A stretch of DNA of 64,000 nt. It comes from Cyanophora paradoxa CCMP329 (taxonomy: Eukaryota; Plantae; Glaucophyta). The notes under the pieces were generated by a model. The model was not told where the DNA came from. It worked only from the letters and a program-made list of their open reading frames with translations, and searched no databases. Position 1 is the stretch's first letter. Every line of letters begins with the position of its first letter. Both the position numbers and the translations under genes were made by a program. The stretch lies in the NCBI GenBank assembly GCA_004431415.1, contig QPMI01000136.1, forward strand, positions 137,037 through 201,036, in the 5' to 3' direction. Below are positions 8,753 through 20,019 of this stretch, one piece after another.

Positions 8753-10560
8753 AGCGCCGCCCCGGCCGCCCAGGCGGCGCGGGGCCGCCCGGGCGGCCGC
8801 CAGCGCCGCCCCACGCCGCCGCCCGCCGCCCCAGCGGCCCCGCGCCGCGCCTGGGCGGCCGCCCCGCGCCGCCCCGCGCTGCGCGGGCGGCCGCCAGCGC
8901 CGCCCGCGCCGCCCCGCGCCGCCTCACGCCGCCCCGCGCCGCCCCGCGCCGCCCCGCGCCGCCCCGCGACGCGCGGACGACCGCCAGCGCCGCCCCACGC
9001 CGCCCCACGCCGCCCCGCGCCGCCCCGCGCCGCCCCGCGCTGCGCGGGCGGCCGCCAGCGCCGCCCCGCGCCGCCCCGCGCCGCCCCGCGCCGCCCCGCG
9101 CTGCGCGGGCGGCCGCCAGCGCCGCCCCACGCCGCCCCGCGCCGCCCCGCGCCGCCCCGCGACGCGCGGACGACCGCCAGCGCCGCCCCGCGCCGCCCCA
9201 CGCCGCCCCGCGCCGCCCCGCGCCGCCTCACGCCGCCCCGCGCCGCCCGGGCCACTGCTGGTGTCGCCCCGCGCCGCCCGGGCGGCCACCGGTGCCGCCC
9301 CGCGCCGCCCCGCGCCGCCTCACGCCGCCCCGCGCCGCCCCGCGCCGCCTCACGCCGCCCCGCGCCGCCCGGGCCACTGCTGGTGTCGCCCCGCGCCGCC
9401 CGGGCGGCCACCGGTGCCGCCCCGCGCCGCCCCGCGCCGCCTCACGCCGCCCCGCGCCGCCTCACGCCGCCCCGCGCCGCCCCGCGCCGCCTCACGCCGC
9501 CCCGCGCCGCCTCACGCCGCCCCGCGCCGCCCCGCGCCGCCTCACGCCGCCCCGCGCCGCCCGGGCCACTGCTGGTGTCGCCCCGCGCCGCCCGGGCGGC
9601 CACCGGTGCCGCCCCGCGCCGCCCCGCGCCGCCCCGCGCTGCGCGGGCGGCCGCCAGCGCCGCCCCGCGCCGCCCCGCGCCGCCTCACGCCGCCCCGCGC
9701 CGCCCGGGCCACTGCTGGTGTCGCCCCGCGCCGCCCGGGCGGCCACCGGTGCCGCCCGCGCCGCCCCGCGCCGCCTCACGCCGCCCCGCGCCGCCTCACG
9801 CCGCCCCGCGCCGCCCCGCGCCGCCTCACGCCGCCCCGCGCCGCCTCACGCCGCCCCGCGCCGCCCCGCGCCGCCTCACGCCGCCCCGCGCCGCCCGGGC
9901 CACTGCTGGTGTCGCCCCGCGCCGCCCGGGCGGCCACCGGTGCCGCCCCGCGCCGCCCCGCGCCGCCCCGCGCTGCGCGGGCGGCCGCCAGCGCCGCCCC
10001 GCGCCGCCCCGCGCCGCCTCACGCCGCCCCGCGCCGCCCGGGCCACTGCTGGTGTCGCCCCGCGCCGCCCGGGCGGCCACCGGTGCCGCCCCGCGCCGCC
10101 CCGCGCCGCCTCACGCCGCCCCGCGCCGCCCCGCGCCGTCCCGCGCCGCCCCGCGCCGCCCCGCGACGCGCGGACGACCGCCAGCGCCGCCCCGCGCCGC
10201 CCACGCCGCCCCGCGCCGCCCCGCGCCCGGGCGGCCGCCAGCGCCGCCCCACGCCGCCGCCCGCCGCCCCAGCGGCCCCGCGCCGCGCCTGGGCGGCCGC
10301 CCCGCGCCGCCCCGCGCTGCGCGGGCGGCCGCCAGCGCCGCCCCACGCCGCCCCGCGCCGCCCCGCGCCGCCCCGCGCTGCGCGGGCGGCCGCCAGCGCC
10401 GCCCCGCGCCGCCCCGCGCCGCCTCACGCCGCCCCGCGCCGCCCGGGCCACTGCTGGTGTCGCCCCGCGCCGCCCGGGCGGCCACCGGTGCCGCCCCGCG
10501 CCGCCCCGCGCCGCCCGGGCCGCCGACAGCGCCGCCCCCACGCCGCCGCCGTGCCGTCCC
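8753..10560. repeat. Composite GC-rich minisatellite built on cgccgccccg with higher-order blocks (gggccactgctggtgtcg...ggccaccggt)
   Basis: Directly visible; it gives stop-free PAPPRAA ORFs in all frames. Confidence 0.95.
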
Positions 10561-11169
10561 CACGCCTCAACGCCCTGCCGAGGCGGCATCAGTGCGATGC
10601 GCGCATGTACGCGGCGGCATCAGGTCGATGCCGGTGTGTGCGCTGCTCGCTGCTATGCGCCCGATGTCGTTGATTATATCTAGTCGCTATGAACGAGACG
10701 AACGAGGGCGAGCGCCGCCCGATGCCGCCCCGCCCGCGTCGCTTCTTGCGCTCCGCGCCGCTCCTGGCCGCCACGGCTGCTTGGATCTTGTCCACGGACT
10801 TTTTGTAGGTGCTACTAGAGGCGCCCGACGCAACCTTCCTGTGGCGCGGGGGTCAGCGCGGTGCGGGAACGCCGGGAAGGCGAAAAACGAGGGCCATGGC
10901 CGCTGCAGCCGACCTTCAGTAGCGAACACGCCATCTTGGTAGCCGCTGAGTGCCGCCAGGCACGTATGCGCACCAGAACGGAGTACTACGGTAGCACGGG
11001 CCGCGCCCGCGCGCGGCGCGGCCGGCCGACGCTCCTGGCCGAAGCTCCGGCAGCCGGCGATCTTCCTGGGCCAGCCCCCTCGCCTGCGGCGCGCCCGCCC
11101 CGGGGCCCGCCCCGTCGGGCCCCGGCCCCCGCCGGAGCGCGCCGCCGGGCGGCGGGGCGCCAGGCCGCC

Positions 11170-11561
11170 GTTCGCCCCGCCGGGCGGCCAAAGGGCGCCA
11201 GGGGAAAGAGCGGATCTGCCGTTCGAGGGGAGCGCCGCCGCCCCGGTCAGGGTGCGCCAGCTGAAGGAGCGAGGGCGCAGCGAGAGAGGCGGGTACGCTT
11301 TTCTTCGAGGGGGCGGGCGGGTACGCGCGCGCGCACCGCCTCTCAGCGGCGGAGCGCGCGGGGGCCTGCAAAGGGATGGCGGTGCCTGCGGGAGGAGACG
11401 GCATCAGGGGGCGCCCGGGGGGGGTAGGGAAAGAAGCGCGCGGGGCGGGGCGCGCCTGTGCGGCGCGAGGGGTCGTTCTTCCGCGCGGCCTTGGTGGCGA
11501 ACCGCTTCCCCGGCGCCTTGCCGCCGGTTGAAGACTTGGGCGTGTGCTTGACGCGGGCCAT
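11170..11561 (-). pseudogene. Divergent histone H3-like gene with a degraded histone fold
   Basis: MARVKHTPKSSTGGKAPGKRFATKAARK aligns with the H3 tail. Predicted introns 11455-11386 (GC-AG) and 11336-11261 (GT-AG) give RRWRTLTGAAAL and, after a frameshift, ADPLFPLAPFGR (compare HRYRPGTVAL...TELLIRKLPFQR). TATA-like cataaata about 105 bp upstream. Confidence 0.7.
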
Positions 11562-13091
11562 CGCCGCCCGCCACCCCGCGCGGCCTCGCCAGGGCTCGCT
11601 CGGGCTCGCTCGGGCACGGCGGCTCGCCGCGGCAGGCGCTGCTCGCGCCCCCGAGCGCGCCTGTATTTATGCATCAGCGACGAGGGGGAAAGGGGGGGCC
11701 GGGGGCGGGCAAAGGAAAGGCTCACCGGGGAGCAGGGGCCGGGTGGCGAAACGAGAGGGTGGGGGTACACGTCCGCTGGGGCCGGGGGCGGGGCGGGCAC
11801 AGGCGCGCGCGGAGACGCCGCGGCTCGCTCCCGCCCTCCGCTTCGAAGATTCCCGGTGGGGCCCGCCCGCGCCGCCGGCGCCGAATCGAACGGGGCCTGG
11901 CCGGCAGGTGAGGAAAACAAAAGATACTAGTACCGCCCCAGCGCCCCACCAACGAACCGCCGGGCAGCTGGACCACGACCAGTCGACGGGGCCCGCCGAG
12001 CCGGTTCTGAAAAAAAGAACGGGTCGGAATTGCGTTGGTGGTGTGGGGGGTACAGGAACACCGCCGGCCCGACCTTCGAGATAGGACCTCGTTGAAGTTG
12101 ATTTCCACCAATTCGACCCCGGGGAATCCAACGGTGGGGTCGGCGGGGTCTGGATCGGGGGTACTGGAGCGCCAGCTGGGGGGCGGAGATCCGACTAGGG
12201 CGGAAACTGGCCAAAGCCGGTTCAGTCCAAGCTTAGGGGTGCAGGCAATCGATCGGGCGGGGTTTGAGCGCACCCCGCCGCCCCCACGCCGCGCGGAAGG
12301 CGTTCATCGACCCGGAAGGCGTCGGGCGGCGCCTCCGAGGCGTCCAGGGCAATCTGAGAGCGGTTTGGGAGCGTTCGGGCGCGTGCGGCAGGCAGATGCG
12401 AGGGATGGGGCGAATGGACCATCGGCCGTCATGCGACGGCCGGAGCGCGCCGGGCGGAGCGATCCGGTCGCCATCAGGGCCTTTACGTTTGTGGCTCGCA
12501 GCGCAGAGGTGGAGCCCTCGAGCGCCGAGGGCGCCGACCGAGTGCCGCGCACAGCCATCGCCGAGCCGAGCCTGCGCGAGGACGCGTTGGAAATCGATGG
12601 AGGAGACCCTGAAAGGCGAGCTCTTGTGCACTGGACAAGGCCCGCCGACGCGAGATGCTAAGACTGATGCTTCTCCGGAGGGGTATCGTGCTGTGTGGAG
12701 GATAGGATGGACCGAACCTCGCGTTGGCCGCCTCCTCGCCGCGGCCCGGCACCGATGGACCGCAGCTGGACGCCGTCGCCCCGCGTGGGTGAGGCAACGC
12801 CCGGCAACTCTCCACGCTCTCTGTAGGCGTGTGGTCGTTCGAGCGGCGCGGGGAGTGTGCGCAGCCGCATCAGCTCCGCACGCCCTCGCAGGCTCCGCCG
12901 TCGCGCCCGGCGGCCGTGTGCCTGCGTTACTGGGACTCGCCGCGGCGCGCATCGGCGCGCGCTGGCTCGCCGCCTCCGCGGCTGCAGCAGCAGCCAGCCG
13001 CCTGACGCTGCTGCTGCTGCTGCCGCGCCCGCCGGCCGCCGCGCCGCGTGCCACACGCCGGCGTGGGTGCCGAGTTGCGCGCCCCCCGCAG

Positions 13092-13859
13092 AACTACCTG
13101 AAGGATACGTGGAGCTACAGCGTCTTCGCCCCCGTCCTCGGGCACGGCCTCGTCTCGGCAGAGGACGAGCTGTGGAAGCGGCAGCGGCAGATCATCGCGC
13201 GCTCCTTCGATCCCGCCCATCTCAGGAGCATGCTCACCATCCGCTCCGACGTGCGCGCTGCCCAGCGGGCGCCACGCGGGCGCCGCCTCCGCCGCCGCCG
13301 CCGCCTGACGCGCCCGCCGCGCCGCGCCGCAGACGGCCGTGACGCTGCTCAACCGCTGGCGCCCAGCGCCGGGCGCCACGTCGAAGTTCGACGTGTCGCG
13401 CGACTTCCGCATGCTGACCCTGGACGTCATCTGCCGCGTGCGCGCCCCGCGCGCCCTCCCGCCCCGCCCCGTCCCGTCCCGCGCGCCCGGCGCGGCCGCC
13501 CTCACGCCCGCCCGCAGGCTTCCTTCGGCATGTCCTTCGAGGATGACAGCGCGATCCCCCGCCTCTACCTCTCCATGATGCACGAGATGAACACCCGCAT
13601 CTTCTACCCCTTCCGCCCCGTGCGCCGTACCCTTCCCCTCCGCCCCGCCCCTCCGACCTGTCCTGACGGCCCGGCCCACCCGCCCGCCCGCCCGCCCGCC
13701 CGCCCGCCCGCCCGCCCGCCCGCCCCCAGTACCTGCCCATCCCAGTACCAGTACCTGTACCTGCCAGTTCAAGAAGAACGAGGCGGAGCTGAACCGCATC
13801 GTCCGAAAGCTCATCGAGGACCGCCGGAAGGACATCCAGGATCACCCCGACCGTCGGAC
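13092..13859 (+). pseudogene. Internal fragment of a cytochrome P450 gene (four exons)
   Basis: LGHGLVSAEDELWKRQRQIIARSF (C-helix WxxxR) and FRMLTLDVICR|ASFG. Introns 13251-13332, 13438-13517 and 13620-13729 with GTGCGC donors. Exon 4 is frameshifted by cagtac/ctgtac duplications. No N-terminus, I-helix or haem motif. Confidence 0.85.
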
Positions 13860-13892
13860 GTGCGTCGAACCCCCCCCCCTCTGTCTCCTGCT

Positions 13893-14035
13893 GTGACTTG
13901 ACTTGCTAGTGACTTGCTACAAGGTTGCTAGTGCTTGGTTGCTAGTGACTTGCTGCAAGGTTGCTAGTGCTAGTGACTTGGTTGCTAGTGACTTGGTCGC
14001 CAGCAGTAACTGCTAGGTTGCTAGTGACTTGCTAC
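13893..14035. repeat. Degenerate short tandem repeat (ggttgctagtgactt)
   Basis: Directly visible at the P450 truncation point. Confidence 0.85.
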
Positions 14036-15313
14036 AATATTAATGCGCGATCGCGAGGGCCGTGGCAGGGCCCGGGGAACGGGCGCCCGGTGCGGTGTTC
14101 CCGAACTTCGGAATATACGAGGGTCCTAGATATCGATCTAGATCTGATCTGACAGCACCCAGGTGGTCGCCGGCCCTTACGCGTGCATCTACTGGCCCAG
14201 TGGTAGTAGTAGTTATTGTGCCAGGCGCCGGCCTGCTCCTGAGTTCTAGAGAGTTCATTCCACCAGCACTCCCAAACGCATTTGCCGCAGTGCGCTCTCT
14301 CAAATCGTGAAACTGGGGGAAGACAAAACGCGAAGTACGTATACGAAGTACGGGGCCCGATGTTGGACGAGCCGTTCCATGTTAAATATAATATAAGCGC
14401 CTCTTTCTCCTGCGGAGAGCATGTCATATACACGCGCACGTGGCTGCGGCGGCGCGGGCGGCGCACACACACCATGCAGCCTAGGCCTGTCGGTGGTAGT
14501 CGTAGATCTCTTCAAGCGTGAACATGCTAAAGTCCTTTTTCGACCACTTGCGCGCGGCCTGCCAGGTGGTCAGGGGCGGCGGTGGGCGAGGGCGGGGGAG
14601 CGGCGAGCCATAATGCGGCTCGCGAGGCTCGGCGTTATCTCCTTGCCGTCCGAGCTGAGGATCGATTCGCCTTCGGCGACGGGCCCCTGGGGCGGGGCGG
14701 GCGCCACAAAGGTGCGAGCCGGCGCCAGGATCTGCGGGCCCGGGGACGGCGAGGCCGGTCCCCGCTCGGGGGGCGCGCTGCGCCCCGGTCAGACAGGCGT
14801 GCGCGCTCGAGGGGCGCAGGCGGACCTCTCTCGCGGCGGGGCGTCCGAACTCGGGCTGCTGAGCGGTTTCCCGACGCGGCGGGGCGGCGGGGGCGGGCGG
14901 CGCACCGGGCGGCGGATGCCCTGGCCGACTCTTTGAGCTCCGCGCTGGGCGCGGCCTCGACCGCCTCGCCCTCTTCTTTGCCCTCCTCCGCCCCCGCCTC
15001 CGCATCCAGGCTGCGGCGGGATCAGGAAATCCTGCCGGACGTCCCCGCCGCCGCGCCCAACGCACTACCAGCCGGCGTCGAGGCCGATCCTGGTGGCGGC
15101 CTCCCGGAGGAGCGGAAGGAGGGCCTCCTTCTTCGGATGACTCCCGATGCCGCCTCGGCGGCGGCAAGCTGCAAGGGCCTCCCGGAAGGCGGCGGAGGGC
15201 CGCCGGAGCTCGAGGCTGGTGCCACGGGCCCACGACCGTCGGACCGACCGGTCACGGACTCACGGTGCACCGTGCCACGGTGCACTCGACTCGCGAGTCG
15301 CGAGTCTCGCGAG

Positions 15314-15833
15314 TAGGGCTGTCGCGGTACGGCGCGGTAGCGGTAGACTGGTCCTACCGACCGGCCCGGTAGACTTGCCCGGTCTACCGTCATACAAGCC
15401 CGGTAGCCATACAAATTCGCCCGTTGGGGGGTAGCCGGGCGCGCCCTGGGCACCCGGCACGCTACCGTAGTACGCGGTAGCGCTAGCGCTAGCGCGCGCG
15501 CGCGCGCGTGGCGCGCGTGGCACGCCGCGTGCGCATGCGCATGCGCATGTGGCCTGACTCAGTGAGCCTGCAGCGCTAGCGACGAATTCAAAGAAGCGCC
15601 TCTCAATGTCAACTGTCCGGCTGAACCAGGTACACCCTTCTGTAGATGCGCAAAGTAGCGTGTAAACAGTTTAGGCGCGTAGCGCCTTGGAGCTTGACGA
15701 ATTTTAGCTTGATTTTGCGTCAGTTTTCGCGTACTATGCGTGCCAGCCGTGACCTACCGGGCGTACCCGGTCGGTACGGGTCAGAGAGGGCTACCGACCG
15801 GGTAGAGGGGGGGGGTCTACCGTGACAGCCCTA
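15314..15833. mobile_element. 520-bp non-autonomous hAT-type MITE
   Basis: TIRs TAGGGCTGTCGCGGTA / TACCGTGACAGCCCTA (1 mismatch). 8-bp TSD CTCGCGAG at 15306-15313 and 15834-15841. Subterminal cggtag/ctaccg motifs. Confidence 0.9.
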
Positions 15834-17215
15834 CTCGCGAGTCGCGAGACTCGCGACTCGCGACTCACAGAGTCAGTGCACGTGACAGTCAGTTTCACTG
15901 TGTCGGCGCCGGCACTGTCGGGCCGGCGCGGCGGCGCCTGCCGGCGCCAGTGCAGCACTGCCGCAGTGCCAGCCTGTGCCAGTGATGGCATTAATAATAC
16001 TCCCCAAAACGCCGACCTTAACATTAATAGTTAAGGTCTTTAAATTATTATGATTTTTTTTTTTAAGATCTACGGTGGGCGTGCCCACTCGTAGTACACA
16101 ACGAGGATACAAGTCACGGTATCGGGAATCACAGGGATTCGAAGTACAACGTAGCGGAAACAGCAGGAACCGAACCCGGGAATCCGGGAGGTCGTAGCAC
16201 GACCTTATACCACTGCGCTGATAAGGTCTTATTATTATAGTATTATAATAAGGACCTCCGGGGGTACGCAAAATTTGCGGTGGCGCGACGATTACGGCAG
16301 CGCGACGGGCCAGGCTTCCCACCCGTGGGTGCCTGATAACGCCGCGTGTCAAGCTGCTCGGAAAGTCGCGCGCCAGCTCCACCCGACCCCCGTAGACCGA
16401 CAACGCTAGCCAACCCAGCCGGGCGCGAGCCGACAGCCGACGCGGGCACATCACCGTCCAGCATCACTGCCGAAGCCGACAGCCCGCCCCCGGAGCGACG
16501 TGGAGCCCCGCCGACCTCGCCATGACGCCGACGCTTTTTGAATCTCAAGGACCTTGCCCGCGCCCCGCGCGGGACATACGGATAGCGCGCTGCCACTCTA
16601 GATCTTCCGTATAACTTCGCAGTCCTAGAGTGGCCAGGTCGCGAGCGACCGCCTCGACTTCGCCCGAGCTCCCGCCATCGCCGCCCGGCCACCCACACGC
16701 CGCCCGCCGCATAGCCGATGCCCGATGACCGCCAGCTCTCTAAGATGACGCACCCGCCGTCGACGTCACGCGCCGCCGCCACTAGTACTGTCCCTCGAAT
16801 GCCGCCGTCATGCTGCAGGCGCCGCGCGCGCCGCCCCATCCTCACAGAACGTGCTCGCGCGCCTGCAGATCTCGACCTGCATCTTGACCTCTCTCCCCCG
16901 CCTCGAGCTCGCCGCGCGACGGGGCCGTCGGCGCCGTCCGATGTACAACTACGGCGGGGTGCGCCCACGCCCAACTCCCTAGCGCCCCGCGCCGGTCCCT
17001 CCCCCGCCCAGAGCCCAGGCCCCGCGGGCCCACGCCCCCGCCCCCTCTCCCCCGGCCTGGGCCCAAAGGGCGCCCACCCGGACTCCTCCTCCCCGAGGTC
17101 GGTACAGAGACGTGTACGCTCGGTCCCCCCCCCAGAGCCAGACGAGGCTCGCCCGGACCCGGCCTCCAAGCCGGCCCCTGCCGCCGGCGCCAGCGCCCCG
17201 CCCCCGCCCCCGGCC

Positions 17216-17310
17216 CGGCTCCAGCGCCCCGCCCCCGCCCTCCGGCTCCAGCGCCCCGCCTACGCCCCCCGGCTCCAGCGCCCCGCCCCCGCCCTCCGGC
17301 TCCGGCGCCC
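17216..17310 (+). repeat. 27-bp tandem repeat (cggctccagcgccccgcccccgccctc), about 3.5 copies
   Basis: Directly visible. Confidence 0.8.
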
Positions 17311-18015
17311 AGGGGCGAAGGGGAGGAGGGAGGGGTGCCGTACGCCGACAGATAGCTCCTAGCTAGGGCAGACAGAGCCTTCCCCCCCCGGCAGCCCCGT
17401 GCTGCAGCTGCTCAGCGGCTTCTTCTTCGTACATTCAGCACTCTTAAATGAACTTGGAAGCTGATAAGCAAGATTCAACCGTTTGAACTGTGCAGCTACG
17501 TGTTTCAAGTTTAGAACAGGCTTGTGCCTTCTTTAAGAGACTCTGATCATGGCATGAGATGCCACCAGAACTGGACCCCCCCCCCCCAAAGGAAGCTATT
17601 CCGGGGGCCCCTGAACGGAACCAAGGCCGTTTAAGGCATCTCCGAGGCCCAGAGGCTCAGGAAAAAATACCAGTTCCATACCCGGAGCGGATCCTAGGGT
17701 CTCGGGGGGAGGCCCCCCCGGGACCCCCCCGCCCCCAACTCGCCAGGAGAGGCCCGGGGAATGGAACCAGCGCTCTATTTCAACACTACGCGACCCGCAG
17801 ACGCTAAATACGCGCTCCCCGCGGCGCCGGGGCGCGCCGAAGGCGCCGGCCGGAGGCGGATCAAATCTGCGCCCCGAGGCCCCCCGGAGGCTCCGAGAGG
17901 GCCGGCCAAGGCCGGGGCGGGGGGCGGAGCCGGCCATATGTAGGGGCCCGAGCTGATAGAAGGGCTACAGGAGCGAGCGGAGAGGCGCAGGGGGCGGGGC
18001 GGCTGGCGGGGCGGG

Positions 18016-19710
18016 ATGTTCAGCGTGGTCAAGGACGCCTACGAGGTCGCCGAGTTCGACGGCCTGTGGGGCCGCGACCGCCTGATCCTGCTGCGCTCCG
18101 ACGCCGGCCTCGTCGTGCCCGTCGCCGAGCTGCGCCGCATCCTCATCTACGCCCCCGATGAGCCGCCGGAGGACCCCGACCGGGCGCTGGCGGACCTGTA
18201 TCGCGTCCCCTGCAGGCCCGTCGCGAGCGAGGAGACGATCCTGCTGCTCGAGATGCTCGGCGTGATCCGCCGCGGGGCGCACCGGCCCGACGGCAGCCCG
18301 CCGCGCGTCGTCTCCCTCCGCCACGCCGAGCAGATCGTATGCGAGCGGTGGGACGAGGACCCCGGGGTGAGCGCGCGGAAGCGGTGCGTCGCCCGCCACA
18401 TCCTCGCCGCGATCGAGCGCCGCCGGCTCGAGTCGTTCGAGCGCGTCGAGCTCCGCGTCCTCCGCCTCGGGTCCTCGAGCGCCGCCCGCGTCTATGCCCT
18501 CCGCTGCAAGCGCATCGAGGTCCCCGTGATCATGAGCGGCGCCCCCGGCCCCGCCCCGCCCCGCGCTCACCAGGGTTCGAGGACGTCGAGTGGTACGCGC
18601 CCATCGCGTCCCTCGCGCAGGCCGCCGGGCGGCGTACGGCTCCTCGCTTGACGTCCCCTCGCTGCGGGCCGAGATCAGGCGCAGGCATCCCGACCTCGGG
18701 GCCGACTCGCCTTTTCGCTTCAAGGCGCGGACCGACGTCGTCGGGCGGGCCCGCTTCGCCCTAGAGGGGGGTACGGCGCTGCCCCGGGGGTACGGCGGGG
18801 AGGCCCCGGGCTCAGGCGCGGCGAGGGGCGAGGCCCAGTTGGTGCCTAGCTAGAGGGGACGGAGGGGCCGAAGGGAAGGCTGAAGCGCGGGCGGGAGGGC
18901 GGCGCGCACCCCCTTGGGGATCTTGTAGTCCCCGAGCGTGTCCTCGCTCGCGGTCTCAGGCGCGCGCCCGCCTCCCGCCTCCCAAGCCGGCCGCGGGCGC
19001 CGGCTGATCGTGACCGCCCGCGGCCGGGGGGTCGTGGCCACTGGCCAGACGCTGACGCTGTACGCCGGGCTGAACGCCGAGGTCGAGGGCGAGGCGGCGC
19101 GCGGGGCGGCGTGCAAGTGGGGCTTCATCAGCCTCGCCGGCGCCGAGAGGATCCTCCAGGGCCTGCCGCGCTTCGGGGACGAGCTCCTCGTGCCGTTCCG
19201 CCGCCAGCGCCTCGCCCTCGAGGGCGCCGACGCCGCCGAGATCGAGGCCGCCGCGCCGCTGCCCCTCGCCCCCGCCCGCCGCATCGCCATCTTCACCAAG
19301 CGCGAGTGGCTCACGGTGAGCCGAGGGGCGCGCGGGGCCGGGCGGGGCGGGGGAAGGAGTGTCGGGAGCGCTGACCGCGGGCGAAGGCGGCAGGACCAGC
19401 ACATCGCCAACTGCCTCTCGATCGTGCTGGCGCGGGCCGGGCCAGCGCGGCGCCCCGCGTCCGGGCCCTGTACCCCATGACGCTCGACATTGCGACGAGC
19501 CTCCTAGGCCTCCGCCGCCACGCCCGCGCCAGCTCCGAGAAGCGCCGGCGCCGCGCCCTGGCATGGGGGCGGCGGAAGAGGGGCGCGTCATCCTCTGCGC
19601 ATGCCCCGTCTCGGGCGGGCTCGTGCGGCGGGGGTCGGAGCGAACCTGGAGCGCGGGGGGCCACTGGACGCTCCTCGCGATCTCCGGCGACCTGCGTTAT
19701 CTAGATCTCC
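18016..19710 (+). pseudogene. 5' part of a mobile-element gene ending in a Ulp1/C48-like cysteine protease domain
   Basis: ATG 18016 with host-like codon use. Splicing intron 19316-19393 gives KREWLT|DQHIANCL (compare WLNDEVINFY). Then VILCACPVSGG...GGHWTLLAISGDLRYLD, with catalytic His at 19662 and Asp at 19704. The Q-x-C region is missing where an insertion begins. Confidence 0.6.
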
Positions 19711-19915
19711 GCGAAGTATCTAATAGTCAAGGCGCAGAGACTTGCTGGAGAGTTGCTCTGAAGCAGTCTCCAGAGATTCTCCAAGCGGATATTAGCGGAT
19801 ATCAGCTGGAGACTTCATCCCAACAAAGTCTCTGTCAAGTCTCCCGGCGCCCCAAAAATGCGTTAATCTCCAGCGCTAGCTAGTCTCAGTTAATTCTCCA
19901 GCTGGTCTCCCGGGA
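19710..19915. mobile_element. Lower-GC insertion with repeated ctggaga/tctcc motifs, probably a DNA transposon end fragment
   Basis: Composition shift and motif repeats interrupting the protease coding sequence. Confidence 0.4.
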
Positions 19916-20019
19916 CCCCCCTCTGCACTAGTGGGCCCGGCGGAGCCTGCTCGAGTCGGCGCTCGTCGGCGACGTCCACCTCTTCTGCAAGGCCGACGTC
20001 GCCGACCCGGAGCGCGTGA

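Noticed and set aside
8600-10942. 780-aa and overlapping Pro/Ala/Arg ORFs
   Set aside because: They are translations of a stop-free GC satellite, open in all frames on both strands.
11225-11340. J-domain-like LAHPDRGG next to the H3 tail
   Set aside because: It is read across a predicted intron and in a different frame from the spliced H3-like product; no J-domain helices are evident.
18570-19160. BRO-N-like motifs (WYAPIASLAQAAG, WGFISLAGAERIL)
   Set aside because: The resemblance is too loose to call without a profile search.
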